A stretch of 64,000 nucleotides of DNA, taken from the NCBI RefSeq assembly GCF_006345805.1, contig NC_043005.1:100440001-100504000 (forward strand). Reading direction: 5' to 3'. Below, in pieces: positions 37,236 through 50,443 of this stretch. The stretch's first letter is position 1, and the number at the start of each line of letters is the position of its first letter. The notes under the pieces were generated by a model, which did no database searches, was not told where the DNA came from, and worked only from the letters and a program-made list of their open reading frames with translations. Source of the stretch: Octopus sinensis (taxonomy: Eukaryota). A program made the translations under genes and the position numbers.

Positions 37236-37430
37236 AGATGCACCGTGATGAGGTGCTTGATGCACCTTTTTGTGAATCAAGATGCACCGTATTGTGGTCC
37301 GAAATGCACTTGCACAATCATGAGTGCACCATACTGTGAATCTAGATAATACAGACCCAGATGCACCATAAAGTTGTCTCAGATGCAACACATTATGGTC
37401 TTAGGTGCACCATAATGTGAACCTGGATTC
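37236..37430. repeat. degenerate ~22-24 bp tandem repeat (GATGCACCATA.TGTG)
   Basis: About 8 recurrent (G)ATGCACC-like units. Confidence 0.6.
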
Positions 37431-37554
37431 TCACTCAAGAAAAAGATAGTCACACATTTTATCTGAAGCTTGTTGAATCAGGACTGACCTGGGGCTAAAA
37501 GAATCTACAAAATCAGCTGCTGCTACTTCTCCTCTTCTTCTTCTTCTTACAGCA

Positions 37555-37760
37555 TTCAACCGGGGTAGGTTGAGCTGGCTTCATTCATCCTCAATGCTGC
37601 ATCTCTCACAAATGCTGACCAAGCCTGGTGATTTGAGGCTAAAGATCACGTGATTTCCAACCACTCCTTATTCCAGCGGTGAACGCCGTAGATATGGGGG
37701 CCTAGGTTGGGTTCCAGATCAGCCTTCACTGTTGTCAGCCAGGTTTTTCGTTGTCCAAAT
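37555..37760 (-). pseudogene. RTE-clade LINE ORF C-terminus, second copy
   Basis: Collinear with 20046-20250; GQRKTWLTTVKADLEPNLGPHIYGVHRWNKEWLEI. Confidence 0.7.
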
Positions 37761-38456
37761 ACTCCTCATGTATATCGCTACTCCTCTGAAGCTAATGTAA
37801 ATTTTTCTTAGAACTGTTATATTCTAAATTGCTCTTGAATATTCTTATAGAGACAATTTGGTGGTTCCCTCCCAGTCAAACTGAGTTAGTGCTTTAGGCA
37901 GCATTAGGCATGTTTACAAAGTCAGAAAACAGCACAGCTCCCATGACTTTCAGAAACATTTTTTGCATTATAAGAGTTGCTGAAGTATGGAACAAACTGC
38001 CGGCATCAGTTGTTAGTTGTTGGAGCACTGCATCCTTCAAAACTTCCATGATTCCTGAGATTTTAGAGACAAGATGCTGTCAACTGCACAACATTTATTG
38101 TGTAGCTGCATTTTTACCTACTCCCATGTTGTATTATAGTTACTGATCATAGGAATCGATTACAGATAGCACTGGACTAACCTTTAAGCAAAATAAGCAC
38201 GTGCTTAGGGCATCAAGGGAAGGAGGGGGGGCACCACAGAAATGGTAAATGGTTTACAGCACAAAAGAAATCCCTTTAAACTTGCTAAAATAATATTTGG
38301 GATGCCTTTATCCCTACTAAGTATAGATGCAGATGTGTTACCTAAGTACATACATACATACTTAACTACCTACCTACATAGCTACCAACCTAGAAATACT
38401 TGGTTTCATGGACACAGAGCAAAAAAAACTGTCACGGATTCGCTAAATCCAATCTA

Positions 38457-38674
38457 TTCTTTTCTACTCTAAGCACAAGGCCCAAAATTTTGAGGAAGGG
38501 GGATAGTCGATTAGATCGACTCCAGTATGCAACTGGTACTTAATTTATTGACTCTGAAAGGTTGAAAGGCAAAGTTGACCTCGGTGGAATTTGAACTTAA
38601 ATCGTAGCAGCAGATGAAATGCCACTAAGCATTTGGCCTCGGTGTGCTAACAATTCTGCCAGCTCACCGCCTTT
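38457..38674 (-). mobile_element. SINE family C (tail type 2) with TSD TAAATCCAATCTATT
   Basis: TAAATCCAATCTATT occurs at ~38444 and ~38674 around a full C copy. Confidence 0.8.
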
Positions 38675-39626
38675 AAATCCAATCTATTAGTGGCACAGTG
38701 AAGATCTGTAAGACATTCTAAAGATTCTCCCTCTGAGATTCTTTAGGTGAATAGATGTACATGCTTGGATGTGTGCATCAGCAACTCAACCGATGCACCA
38801 ACTCAACTACATATTTATGAACATTGTGAACTCTCTCAACACAAAAAGTCTTGTTGCTTTGTTAGTAAATGGCTTGAACCTTCTCAAGAAGAACTTAAAA
38901 TAAAACTCTGAGTAAAATCATAAGCAAAGCAAGAGCACACACAAAGACGGAAAGTGTCACTGAAGAGGTCACAGACAAGTGATGAAAGATTTCTGGACAA
39001 TGGACATATGTTAGAATAGGAACAGTAATAAATGAGTGAAGAATGAAGATATAGTGTGTGTGTTTATTTGGTTAAAAAAAAAATGACCATCCTAAAATAC
39101 AACATACATACGTATCGGCATATCATACTTTGAAATTGTTCTTTTTCTTGATCACATGGGTCAAGCAGAATATATTGAGGCAGATTTTCTACAGCAGGAT
39201 GCACTTCCTGTTGCCAACCTTTACTCATTTTGAAGTAAGGAAATATTTCCCCATAGTTAGACATGTTCTCATAAAAGACTGTAAACAAAAGACATCACTT
39301 GTAGGATGGGGACACTCATTTACAATTATCAAGCAATGTTAAGACAAGGACACACACACACACACACATACACACACACGACAGACTTCTTTCAGTTTCC
39401 ATTTTCCAAATCCACTCACAAAGCTTTAGTTGGCCTCATGCTTTAGTGCAAGACACTCGTTGAAGGTGCCATACAGTAGGAATGAAACCAAAACCATGGG
39501 TTTTGGAGGCAAGTTCTTAACCACATATCCATGCCTGTATCTCTCTCTTTCTCTCTCTCACTCACATAATGTGAGATGCAGGCATAGTTATTTGGTTAAG
39601 AAATCTCATATATATATGTATGTATG

Positions 39627-39662
<36 letters not shown>

Positions 39663-39753
39663 ATCCAAACAAGAAAACACAAAAAAACACAGCAACGCGA
39701 GGATGTGGAACAAATAAAGTATTATTGGATGCTCAGGAAAGAAGGGAAGGAGG

Positions 39754-39789
39754 GTTTAAAGGTTTCAAGCGGAGCTCTTCGTCAGAAAC
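39754..39789 (-). ncRNA. degenerate minimal hammerhead ribozyme in a PLE-LTR-like island (39660-39865)
   Basis: Minus strand GTTT-CTGACGA-A-GAGC-TCC-GCTT-GAAAC-CTTT-AAAC; stem III mutated from the expected ACGT palindrome. Confidence 0.5.
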
Positions 39790-39864
39790 AAAGGAGAAGG
39801 AAAGATCCCGAGAAGGGAAGACAGAGGAAAAAAAATTGCTGGCGGTGCTCATGAGGTCACATGT

Positions 39865-40913
39865 TGCACCCAGTGTTGCTCGGATTTGTTTCGACCCTTT
39901 AGAATTGGAATTTTTGAAAAGTAAAAATTTTGCACTATGCAACTTATTCTCTTCAACTGAACATTTTTCCAGTTGAAATACACTGAAAAATGGTGACACA
40001 GCAGTCAAAAATCGTAAAAAATAGGGATTTTCATAGAAAAAAAGCACCTTTTTGATGTAAATAATTTTTGGTCTTAACATGGTCTGATTTGAATTTTATC
40101 TTCTACGGAATGAAGAGCAAGCCTTCTTCTATCATACTATCAATTTTGGTCAACTTGCGCTGCAGGGCCTCGGAGGAGATAGTGTTAGTTGAAGGCTACC
40201 AAACCTGCCACACACAGACAACTTCAGCTTTATATATATAGATTTGCTACACACTACTTTCCATCCTTAATAATGAAACTTGGTAGATCCAAAAGTTAAA
40301 CACACAGACACACACACAGATACACAAGTTGAGTTTTATATATATAGATTTCTCAATGGGGATTTCAGGGAGTCGCTGGCGGTGTATCATGATGATCAAA
40401 AATCTGGCCTGCTAAAATTTGGTTAAAATGATTCAAACTGCAAACTCAACGCAAAATGGTCACATTTAATTCAAAGCGTTAAAAATGTTATGAAAACAAT
40501 TGGTATGTGTTCACAAAGTCCAAACGATTAATACGAAAAAACCCTCCAGGCTACATCCCGAAAATTCATTTCTTTGCCGAATTTCTACAATGTTTACGGC
40601 AATTCGTTTTTATATCTTGATTTTTTATTTTTCATGCAATTTACACATGGTTGCACACGTGGTGAACACAGTTCATGTCAAACAGCTGACTGAGTAAAGT
40701 TCACTATTCAATGCATGGGATAAGGCCGAAACAAACACATTATCGATTTTTGCACTTGCGAGATGAATTTCGGAACAGAAATAGCGCAGTTCAATTTTCA
40801 TTCACCTAAACTTTAAGTGACCCATTTTTGGTGGTTCTATGATTTGTTGGCTAGGAGAAGATGTGCCGGGAAGTTAAACACACAGACACACAAGTTGAGT
40901 TTTATATATATAG
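39865..40913 (-). mobile_element. stack of non-autonomous Helitron-like elements (three 5' ends)
   Basis: Minus-strand A|TCTATATATATAAA..(TGTC/TG)n starts at ~40242, ~40348 and ~40913; a 3' hairpin remnant CACCCAGTGTTGCTCGG at ~39867. Confidence 0.55.
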
Positions 40914-40936
40914 ATATATACACACACACATACATA

Positions 40937-42215
40937 CAGGATGTGATGTGTAAATTGTCACCAATTTATTTTTTTTATTTCGCACATGTGCATTGTTTCT
41001 TTTTGATTTTGTTGACTTTACAGTATAGTAGGGTCAGTTGGGCACTGTCTGTGAGAAACACAGCACCATGACACAGTTCACTCTGCCAGAAATTTGGAAA
41101 CAGCATGCTGTACCACTTGGCATTCACACTGGAAGATCCAATATGACCATTTCCTAGTGCTTAGGTATCAATCTAAGGACAGTGCAATCTGATGGCACGT
41201 ACCGACAGTGATGAAGATCAAACATCCAGTCAACATCGTGGTGTTTAGAGTGATCACTAGTGCTTGCAACATTATGCCTCCATTCATCTTCCTACATGGC
41301 TTCAGACTCAACCTCGAGGCCTACATCAAGTGTCTCAAAGAGGTAGTGCTGCCCTGGGTCAAGAGGGTGGAAGACCCTATGTCTGGCAACAGGACTCTGC
41401 ACCATGCTACACAAGCAGGAAAACCTAGTCATGGCTGTCAGATAATTTCTGCAACCACATCACCCCTCACATCTGGTCACCTACCTCCTCAGACTGCAAA
41501 CCCCTTGATTATTATGCATGGGGCACAGTTGAACAAAAGACCAACAAAATGCCTTATAACATCAAAATTAACTGAAGGCAAGGATTACGGCAGCATTCAC
41601 CAACTTAAATGAGGAGACCATCCAGAAGAATTGCAGAAGATTCAGAAGACATCTGGAAGCTGTGGTTGAAGCCAATGGCAATTTTATTAAGTAAATTTAC
41701 TCTCTTTACTCTTTTACTTGTTTCAGTCATTTGACTGCGGCCATGCTGGAGCACCGCCTTCAGTCGAGAAAATCGACCCCGAGACTTATTCCTTCTAAGC
41801 CCAGCACTTATTCTATCGGTCTCTTTTGCCGAACCGCTAAGTGACGGGGATGCAAACACACCAGCATCGGTTGTCAATGCTAGGGAGACAAACACAGACA
41901 CACAAATACACATACACATACATATATATACATATATATGACAGGCTTCTTTCAGTTTCCGTCTACCAAATCCACTCACAAGGCATTGGTCGGCCCGAGG
42001 CTATAGCAGAAGACACTTGCCCAAGATGCCACGCAGTGGGACTGAACCCGGAACCATGTGGTCGGTTAGCAAGCTACTTACCACACAGCCACTCCTACTC
42101 TTTAATATTTCCAGATATTTTTATGTAATTTTGGTAAATATATCTGTTAAAGTGAGATGTCAGTGTTATTTTCATTTTTGCATAATTTAGATGACAGTTT
42201 ATTCACCGTACCCTG
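40937..42215 (+). mobile_element. Tc1/mariner DD37D (maT-like) transposon fossil, internally deleted
   Basis: TA|CAGG..TAAATTGTCACC and GATGACAGTTTA..CCTG|TA degenerate TIRs; KHPVNIVVF..MPPFIF..YIKCLKEVVLPW and QQDSAPC...WSPTSSDCKPLDYY with 37 residues between the last two Asp. Confidence 0.85.
41703..42097 (-). mobile_element. young SINE family A inserted in the Tc1/mariner fossil
   Basis: CpG-rich copy; TACTCT duplicated at both ends. Confidence 0.85.
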
Positions 42216-43536
42216 TATATGTACACACACACACACACACACACACATGTATACACACACACATGCTGGTTTTTGATGGAGGATGAAAGGATGATGGAAG
42301 CAGTATAGACGATGCAGCTCTCACCTGTACTTCCAGAGAAATGGTCATTCATATTATGTGTATGTATTTGTGTGTGTATGTAAGTATATGACATATCCTT
42401 GTGACTTAGTATACATGTGTGTGTGTGTGTGTGCACACGCGTGCATGCGTGTGTGTGTGTATACGTACATATATATCATCAAGTACCTTATTAATCAAAT
42501 TATTACTCTGATGAAGGTCAAGTAGATGTCAACACACCAACAATTACATACACACATGCTCTCTCTGTCTCTCACGCACACACACACACACACACATGCA
42601 CCCACATCCGCCCACACTCACCTACATCTGTTCATTTTATTAACTAAGCAATATGCATTTGCAGGATTCACTCATAAAATTGAAACTGCATCTTCTGCTG
42701 TTGGCATCTCATAGAATTATCCATCCAAATCAATTTTGTCAAAAGTTCCTTAATTAGTTGTAATAACGTTGACTTGTAAAACTGTTTGAATAGCTGGATG
42801 TTAGCGCTAAGGCCTGCAGGGGGTCACAGGTATAGGCAATATGTTTAGACTAATATACAGCGTTACTTGTGAGATCAACGACTCATTAGAATGAACAGTT
42901 GTCACTGATTTAGCAGCTTTAAACGCCAAACGTTCATTAACCATGCTATACTGACTTGTTATAAACAGGAACAACTCCTTAAATATGCCATGGCATCTGG
43001 GTATTGAACCATGAGATATCTAGAGTTACGTCATTCAAATGACTTGTCCATTAGAGTTTTCTCATTCTCATGTCCTTTACAGGTTGAAATATTTCAAATG
43101 ACAAGTTAATAACCATCACCTGGGCAAGAGAACTCTGACCACAATATCATTGGTGATTTAGAATGTGTATTCCTTATAAGTACCTGGTCAGGCTAAATCA
43201 AATCTACAGAGCCTATTTTCATCACATCCTCTCTCTCTCCTTCTAATGCTGTTTACAAAAACTTATTTCATAAACAGCTTACTTAATGTTCACATGTTCA
43301 ATTATCAGGTCAGATCCTTAACTGACCCACGCTGGATGCTGTTTGATAATATTTGAATTACAACTGGGTAAAATAAGGTGCAATGTGGCAGATATTTACA
43401 TCATAATGTCAAAAACAAGAACTGGTCATCTCAAAGATAAATACATAAACGACAAAAATTGGTCACCTTAGTCATATATTTATATACACACATACACATA
43501 CATATACATATATATATATAGACATACATACATACA

Positions 43537-43567
<31 letters not shown>

Positions 43568-43817
43568 GTATGGGACTAGGGTCTGAAGAAATGCTGTAAA
43601 GCTAAGCATCTTATGGATGTGAAACCCAGGGTACATATATACATACATGCATGCACACACACACATATATGTACATACATATGTACAATAATAATGTTAT
43701 GCTTAAGCATAAAAAAATGCATTTAGATGTTTGTATGTGTGTATATGTTAGCAACGTACAGTATTTTGTGTTTAGTAGAAACATTGCTTGAAGTTGATGA
43801 TTTGTCACATAAGGTGC

Positions 43818-44222
43818 AGGAGTGGCTGTGTGGTAAGTAGCTTGCTTACCAACCGCATGGTTCCGGGTTCAGTCCCACTGCGTAGCACCTTGGGCAAGTG
43901 TCTTCTACTATAGCCTCAGGCCGACCAAAGCCTTGTAAGTGGATTTGGTAGACAGAAACTGAAAGAAGCCCAATGTATATATGTATATATATATATGTGT
44001 GTGTATATGTTTAAGTATCTATGCTTGTTTCTCCAACATCACTTGACAACCAATGCTGGTGTGTTTACATCCCCATAACTTGGTGGTTCGGCAAAAGAGA
44101 CCGATAGAATAAGTACTAGGCTTACAAGGAATATAGTCCTGGGGTCAATTTGATCGACTAAATGTGGTGCTCTAGCATGGTCATAGTCAAATGGCTGAAA
44201 CAAGTAAAAGAATAAAAGAAAG
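43818..44222 (+). mobile_element. SINE family A
   Basis: Full-length match. Confidence 0.85.
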
Positions 44223-45032
44223 AGCTTTACATTGAAAAAGGGCTCTTCAGTGATCCTTAATGGGTCCTTTATTAAAGAAGAAAGCCCAGTCTGAAATTCA
44301 AGTCCTGACATACCTATCATTTCCTTGCTTCATACCCTTGTGCAACATGCTTTATAATTCTCAGTTTATACAGATGGTTATTAGAGTGTTACATAACCCA
44401 GTATTAAGGTACATCAATACCCAATACCATGAAAAGAGAGATGGATTCAACAACATCGTCAAAATGTTGTGACATCATATCTCTTTTTCAGAAATATCAC
44501 ATCTGCTATGCTGCAGATTACCAATTTGAGTGAAACAGCTACTCAACATACCTCGATGTTGCATATGAGAGGAAAACAAGTCATATCATTGGTGAACACA
44601 TCCCAGAAATATAGATGGCAGTAACAGTCACTCTGTCCATCCAATATTTAGTTCATTAGCATAAGTGTGGCTATTTTGTCCAGGGTAGGATTTGATCTCA
44701 GTAATACAGCTTCACTTCAAGTTGGCATTTATGCATTGCTCCTGCTATTTATCTTACAAATTCCACAGACAATTAAGTAACCAATTGTACAATGGTCACA
44801 GATATGGTACACTGCCAATACAACAGATGAACTAATCTCACTAAAAGTTCAACATTTCATTACCTAAACCAGCCAGAGATCTTGCTCTTAAAATGGTTGC
44901 AATTATTTGGAGGGGAATCAGTTTCAAAGTTAAATAACCTTTGGCATCTCATCAACAATGTTCTTAAAAGCTGAAATAAAACTATGCCTGCCTGTCTACC
45001 TACCTATCTACCTATTTACACACTTACATACC

Positions 45033-45265
45033 TATTTCTTTACAACCCACAATGGGCTAAACACAGAGAAGACAAACAAGGACAGACAAAGAGATTAAGT
45101 CGATTACATCGACCCCAGTGCATAACTGGTACTTAATTTATCAACCCCGAAAGGATGAAAGGCAAAGTCAACCTCGGCGGAATTTGAACTCAGAACATAA
45201 TGGCAGATAAAATACCGCTTAGCATTTCACCTGGCATGCTAACGATCCTACCAGCTCACCACCTT
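45033..45265 (-). mobile_element. SINE family C (tail type 1) with a 17-20 bp TSD
   Basis: TTACACACTTACATACCTAT at 45016-45035 and 45264-45283. Confidence 0.88.
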
Positions 45266-45679
45266 ACACACTTACATACCTATCGTCATCAACATAGTTT
45301 TAATGCCCACAAATCCATACTTGCATGGGTCAGTCAGAACTCATTGAGGTAGGTTTTCTACAGCTTGATGCTATTTCTGTTACCAACGCTTACCTGTGTC
45401 CGAGCAGGAATATATTTCCCCATGACCAGATATATTTTTCATGAAAGACTGGAGACAAACATATGATTGTGATGCTCACTGATGACTTACAACCATCACG
45501 TGAACTTAAGCATGCACATAAACATACACAACATTATTCTTTCAGTCTCTGCCTACCAAATCTACTCAGAAGGCATTGGTCGGCCCAGAACTGTAGTAGA
45601 AGACACATGCCCAGAATACCATACAGTGGGATCGAACTTATAAATCACATGGGTGAGAAGCAAGCTGTTTAACCATACA

Positions 45680-45870
45680 GAGAGGTGCAGTGGAATCACA
45701 GGAAAGATAAGGGGGAAAGTAGTGTTTGTGTGTGGAAGATGTACAGGAAGCATAAAGTCTAGAGATACATGGAAAATAGATTTTCTCAAATGCCCCTGAG
45801 GCTCTCTTGAGGAAGTAGGTGGTTTCTGTAAAATAGGTGACTGAATTAGCAGTGAAAAAGAGGTGTGGCA
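45680..45870 (+). pseudogene. RTE LINE internal fragment (Cys-rich region after the RT)
   Basis: RCSGITGKIRGKVVFVCGRCTGSI...SLEEVGGFCKIGD* resembles HKRCSG...F.C..C...LE.VD.FCYLGD of some RTE elements. Confidence 0.6.
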
Positions 45871-45893
45871 TTTTTCATAGCGTTTTTCCGATG

Positions 45894-45963
45894 GCCGGAT
45901 AACTGAAGAGATGGTGGCATGGATTTCCACCTTAGCATCCGAAACTCGAAGTTTTATCTTGGC
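45894..45963 (+). ncRNA. type I hammerhead ribozyme (third family)
   Basis: GCCGGATAA-CTGAAGA-GATG-GTGG..CCAC..CATCC-GAAACTCGAAGTT-TTATCTTGGC: stem I about 9 bp, intact core, GUU site (cleavage after 45953). Confidence 0.68.
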
Positions 45964-46612
45964 TACCGAATAATTGTCACATTTACAGATATATATATAA
46001 ATATATATAATCATATCAAAGGGAAATGGAAATTGATAGAAATTTTCATCTCCCGTGGCTTAACGTGTAAAAATTTAGTCCAAAGTCTATGTATTAGTCA
46101 TAAAATACATTTAAACACATAAGGAATCCACTCGTGGAATTCAACACACTAGAAAGAACAGCTAGGTTCTATAACCACAAAATTAGGGATAAAATTCGAC
46201 AGGAACAAAATGAAAAAATAAAAACATTATACAGACATACATACGGTGTGTGTGTGTGTGTGTTTGAGTGAAATTTAAATGTCTAATATGACAATTAGAA
46301 TGAGGAAAATATGATCTCCCTTTCTCTGTTGACAATGCTCATCAATAGTTTACCGATATTCTGTCACGCAAGTTGGTACATTTGTACCAAAATCTGGTGC
46401 CTGACACGAAAATACAAACATAAGGTTTTCAGTAGATTCACAAGAAGCCTTTCATTGTTTGTAGTAAAAGAAAAAAGAAAAAAGAAAAAAAAAAGCTTCG
46501 GTAACCAAGTTAATGATATTTTCCTACGTATACAGGTTTGATAGGAACTTTTGTACATTATAGTATCTATATTGATACAGAATCACAATGCAGAAGGGGG
46601 AGGAGGAGGAAA

Positions 46613-46727
46613 AAGAAGAAGAAGAAGAAGAAGAAGAAGAAGAAGAAGAAGAAGAAGAAGAAGAAGAAGAAGAAGAAGAAGAAGATGATGATGATGATGA
46701 TGGTGCAGATGATGATGGTGATGATGA
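46613..46727. repeat. (GAA)n followed by (GAT)n microsatellite
   Basis: Directly visible. Confidence 0.95.
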
Positions 46728-48344
46728 CAAATACTTCTCACCTGACCACAGATCTTTTCATGTGTCTTTGTATAGATATAGTACCTGTTGTGTTCTGCCT
46801 CCAATAAACGGACATCGTTTCCATTGATGTCAACTCATTTAAATTTAGTGTAATTCTATAACGAGAAACTGTCACACACCTGAGAAAAACTATTGAAAAT
46901 ATAGCTAGATCGTGAACATTCATCTTTCTTTTAACATAGCCGTTCATTCTTCCGTGTTTCTGCTGGTTGTCATGTTATAATCATGTTATGGAAGAAATCT
47001 CAACTGTACACAAGTTGAGGAAACATTGGTGAATCCCTAAGTGATCCACAACGCCATTACCTGACTAATGATAATAATGGCTTTGATGTGCTTTCACATT
47101 TCTATATCTGGACGCACACTTCTTTGTGTGCGGTGTGTGTGTGAGTGTTTGTGTGTGTGGATATTACAATGGAGGGGTCAGCTAGGAACCTATTCCATTT
47201 GTGATTTATTGGAGGTTAGCCGGTAACTGACATAAATTCTCAGCTAAATCTCTCTGAAAATAGAAATGTCACTTGTTATGTTCAGGTGATTTATTTTGGT
47301 TGGAATTCCTTATCATGTGTACCTTCTGAAGCAGCAGTAAAAGATAATGTAAGGGAGCAAACCAATAAGAAAAGTGTCAAAGATAGCTGAAATAACATCT
47401 ATTTATATTCCCCTATTTTCAAGGTAATAACAAACACACTACTATCATATTCATTTGAATCCTTGATAAGATTTGATATATTCACAGAAATAAAACTTTA
47501 TCATCTTCTTAGAATTACAGACAAGGTTATCCTTATTGTTTATTCTGAGACTGTTTCTTAATACTCACGATAGATTCTTCAGTGACTCCCTTGAAGATTT
47601 ATCCTTGTGGGAAAGAATCTATTTGAAGCTTTTATTTTATGTATACCTTAATTATCAGGGTCAAGTGCGAATTTAATTACCCACTGATTCATGACCCTTT
47701 ATTGCTTAAAACCAATTTTATCTCCAAGCTACTTCCTAACATTGCAAACTTATTGTACTATGTATCACATACCACCTCCCTCACCGTTTTTCCTTGAATT
47801 ATTTTCTTCCTAAAGTTCTTCATATATACAGCCTCACCAATTAAGGTCAGCTCCTGTTGACACCCTATAATTTAATGGTTTAGTGATAAATTAGGTCTGA
47901 TTATGGATATTTCCTTCGCTAATGGAATCATTACACTCAAGAGTTATTCTCCAGTTAAGTTTATTCCTATATTAAACAGACTCTACAATTTCCCTCCATT
48001 CATCTTATTAAGACGAAGATTCCTAATCAGTTTATAAACTTCTAACTTTCAGTATTTCACATTGAACTCTACTAAACTCAGAGAATCTTCCTGATATCTT
48101 TTATTTCAAGAGAGGACCAAAGGTCAATGGATATTACATATCTGAAACTGACTAACGATACTTGCCATTGTTTGTATATGTAATCCATGTAGTAGATATA
48201 TAAACGGGGCAAATTTACCTATTTCTCCCAAGACTGAAAAATGAGGAACAGCCTTAACTGAATTTCAAACCTTATTGGACTTGTGCTCCACAGCAAAAGT
48301 GCTAAGGCCGCATCCCCTGGTGAAGAGGGTTCACTTACGAGAGT

Positions 48345-48580
48345 CCTGTGCTGGTGCTACAGGAAAGCACATAAAAAGCAATCATGCTGGTGCCATGTAC
48401 ACGTGCTTTTGCCGGTGCCATGTTAAAAGCATCCAATACACACTGTAAATTGGATGGTGTTAGGGAGGGCATCCAGCTGTAGAAACTAAGCCAAATCAGA
48501 CCTGAGCTTGGTGCAACTCCCCAGTCTGCCAGCTCTGGTTAAACCGTCCAACTCATGCCAGCATGAGAAATGGACATTAA

Positions 48581-48611
<31 letters not shown>
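48345..48611 (+). mobile_element. RTE LINE 3' UTR
   Basis: GGGCATCCAGCTGTAGAAAC...(GAT)n. Confidence 0.65.
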
Positions 48612-48613
<2 letters not shown>

Positions 48614-50443
48614 GAGTTCTCTCAGAGGTGTCTATGTTAATTTGACCAATCCCAGACAAACAAATATGCTAAAAAAATACCAGTCACTACAAAGGAATGG
48701 AGCTAGCACTTTGTTTACCATAAACGTTCAATACTTTATAAGTATCAGTGGCCTGTCAACGGGAATCTAATCCACATAGCACCAAGGTATGAAATAACTT
48801 TTCTGAGCCTACATAGTAGGAATACAAACACAGTAAATCTAATTATTTCCCCGTGGACTGAAAAAATATGACGAACAGCATTTGTCGATTTTCCAAACTT
48901 ACTGGGTTCTTATCAGAGGTGTCTACATTGTAAGACAATTCCCAGAAGAAAGAAGCAGTCAATCTGTTTACATACACAACAAATTCTGTTACTACAGAGT
49001 ACTGGAGCTATAAACTTGTGTACCATAAGTGTTTAGCATTTTATTTATTATGAGGGGCACAACTAAGGCGTTCTCAGACCACACAGTATCAAGGTGTGAA
49101 ATAGCATTCACCGACACATTTTTCATTTAGGTTTTATTTGTTTAGTTCCTGAGTTTGGAGGGGAGGACATTGTCCATGGTATTCACAGACAGCCTGAGAC
49201 CGATCAGTGAGATTGATGCCATTAACCATCTGTTAGAAGCAGCAGTCAAATCTCTCTGGAGTCACACTTTACCATCATAAAAAAGAATGAAATTCATTGG
49301 TTAATGAACTAATATGCATGTGTGTGTGTGTGTTGAAGGAGAGAGAGAGGGAGAGAGAGGGATGGAAAGGGAGAGAGAAAGGGGAAGAGTGAGAGAGATA
49401 CTGAAGGGTTAAAGAAGTAATGAAAGATGTGAAGAAAATGTGCAAGTAGGCCAGGAAGTGAGAAAAGACAGATTTTCAAAAGACCAGCTTTGAGAAAAAC
49501 ATGAAAACAAACTGAGTGGTGTTCCTTCTTCTGTGGCCAAACTGAAGCATAATTTCAGTCGTGAGAAAATTTTGGAATTAACAACCGGTAAATAAGATAT
49601 ACAAGTCAAACTTTGCAAAGTACTTCTGATCACTTGGTCTAAAACTAAATTTTCTAGTTCTGACAGAAGCATTGTGACTGAATGCTTAAGTTGATGGGCT
49701 CAAAGCTGTTTGTTGTGTCTCTAGGCAAAACACATTACTTCCTTCAGTTTATCTCCATAAACAACAAACAACTACCAATGTTTTATCATGGTTGAATGAA
49801 TGAAATTTTGGAGAGGCATCTGGTTTTGAAATGCATCTGCAAGCAATTGATGTAAATAACTGAATTTTCAGAACAATCAAAATCCTGAAAGCAAGGAAAA
49901 TGGATATAAAAAGTCTGAGATAAAAACAAATAAGCATACGAGACAATAATGAATAAAGAAACGGCAGAAATTTATCCAACTGATCTTGTTTTGTTCAACA
50001 GGTATCAAACAATAGAGACACATTTCTATTTTATTGTTACAAACCACATTTAACACATTTATTTCTAAAATGAACAATATTGGGTGTGAACAGTGGGCCA
50101 ACACAAAACAACTTCTCACATAAATTATATATATATATATATAAAGCAAACCTATACCCAGCAAATTTACCAGTGCAAGAACAAAATTCTAATGTAAGAA
50201 TTACCCCTTTATTTACATTACCATCACATATGTATCAATCATTTTCGCATTCCAACCGATGCATCTACCTATATTTGCATTCTGAAGAGATTTACTTACT
50301 CCAGTAAATCGAAACGATCATAAATGCTACCCTCATCTCTGCTTCTTACTTCTTTGTTACCTATTTAATTAAAGACATACCATCAAAAACCACACGTTTC
50401 CCATTATATATATATATATACACACAGATACTAGCGTTGCCTA

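Noticed and set aside
46538-46827. Poly-Glu/Lys/Ser/Leu ORFs
   Set aside because: (GAA)n(GAT)n microsatellite read in different frames.
47300-48050. Possible further Penelope-like fossil (similar faint RTE traces at 5300-5540 and 44340-44960)
   Set aside because: Only isolated 3-5 residue motif matches by eye; too decayed to call without a profile search.
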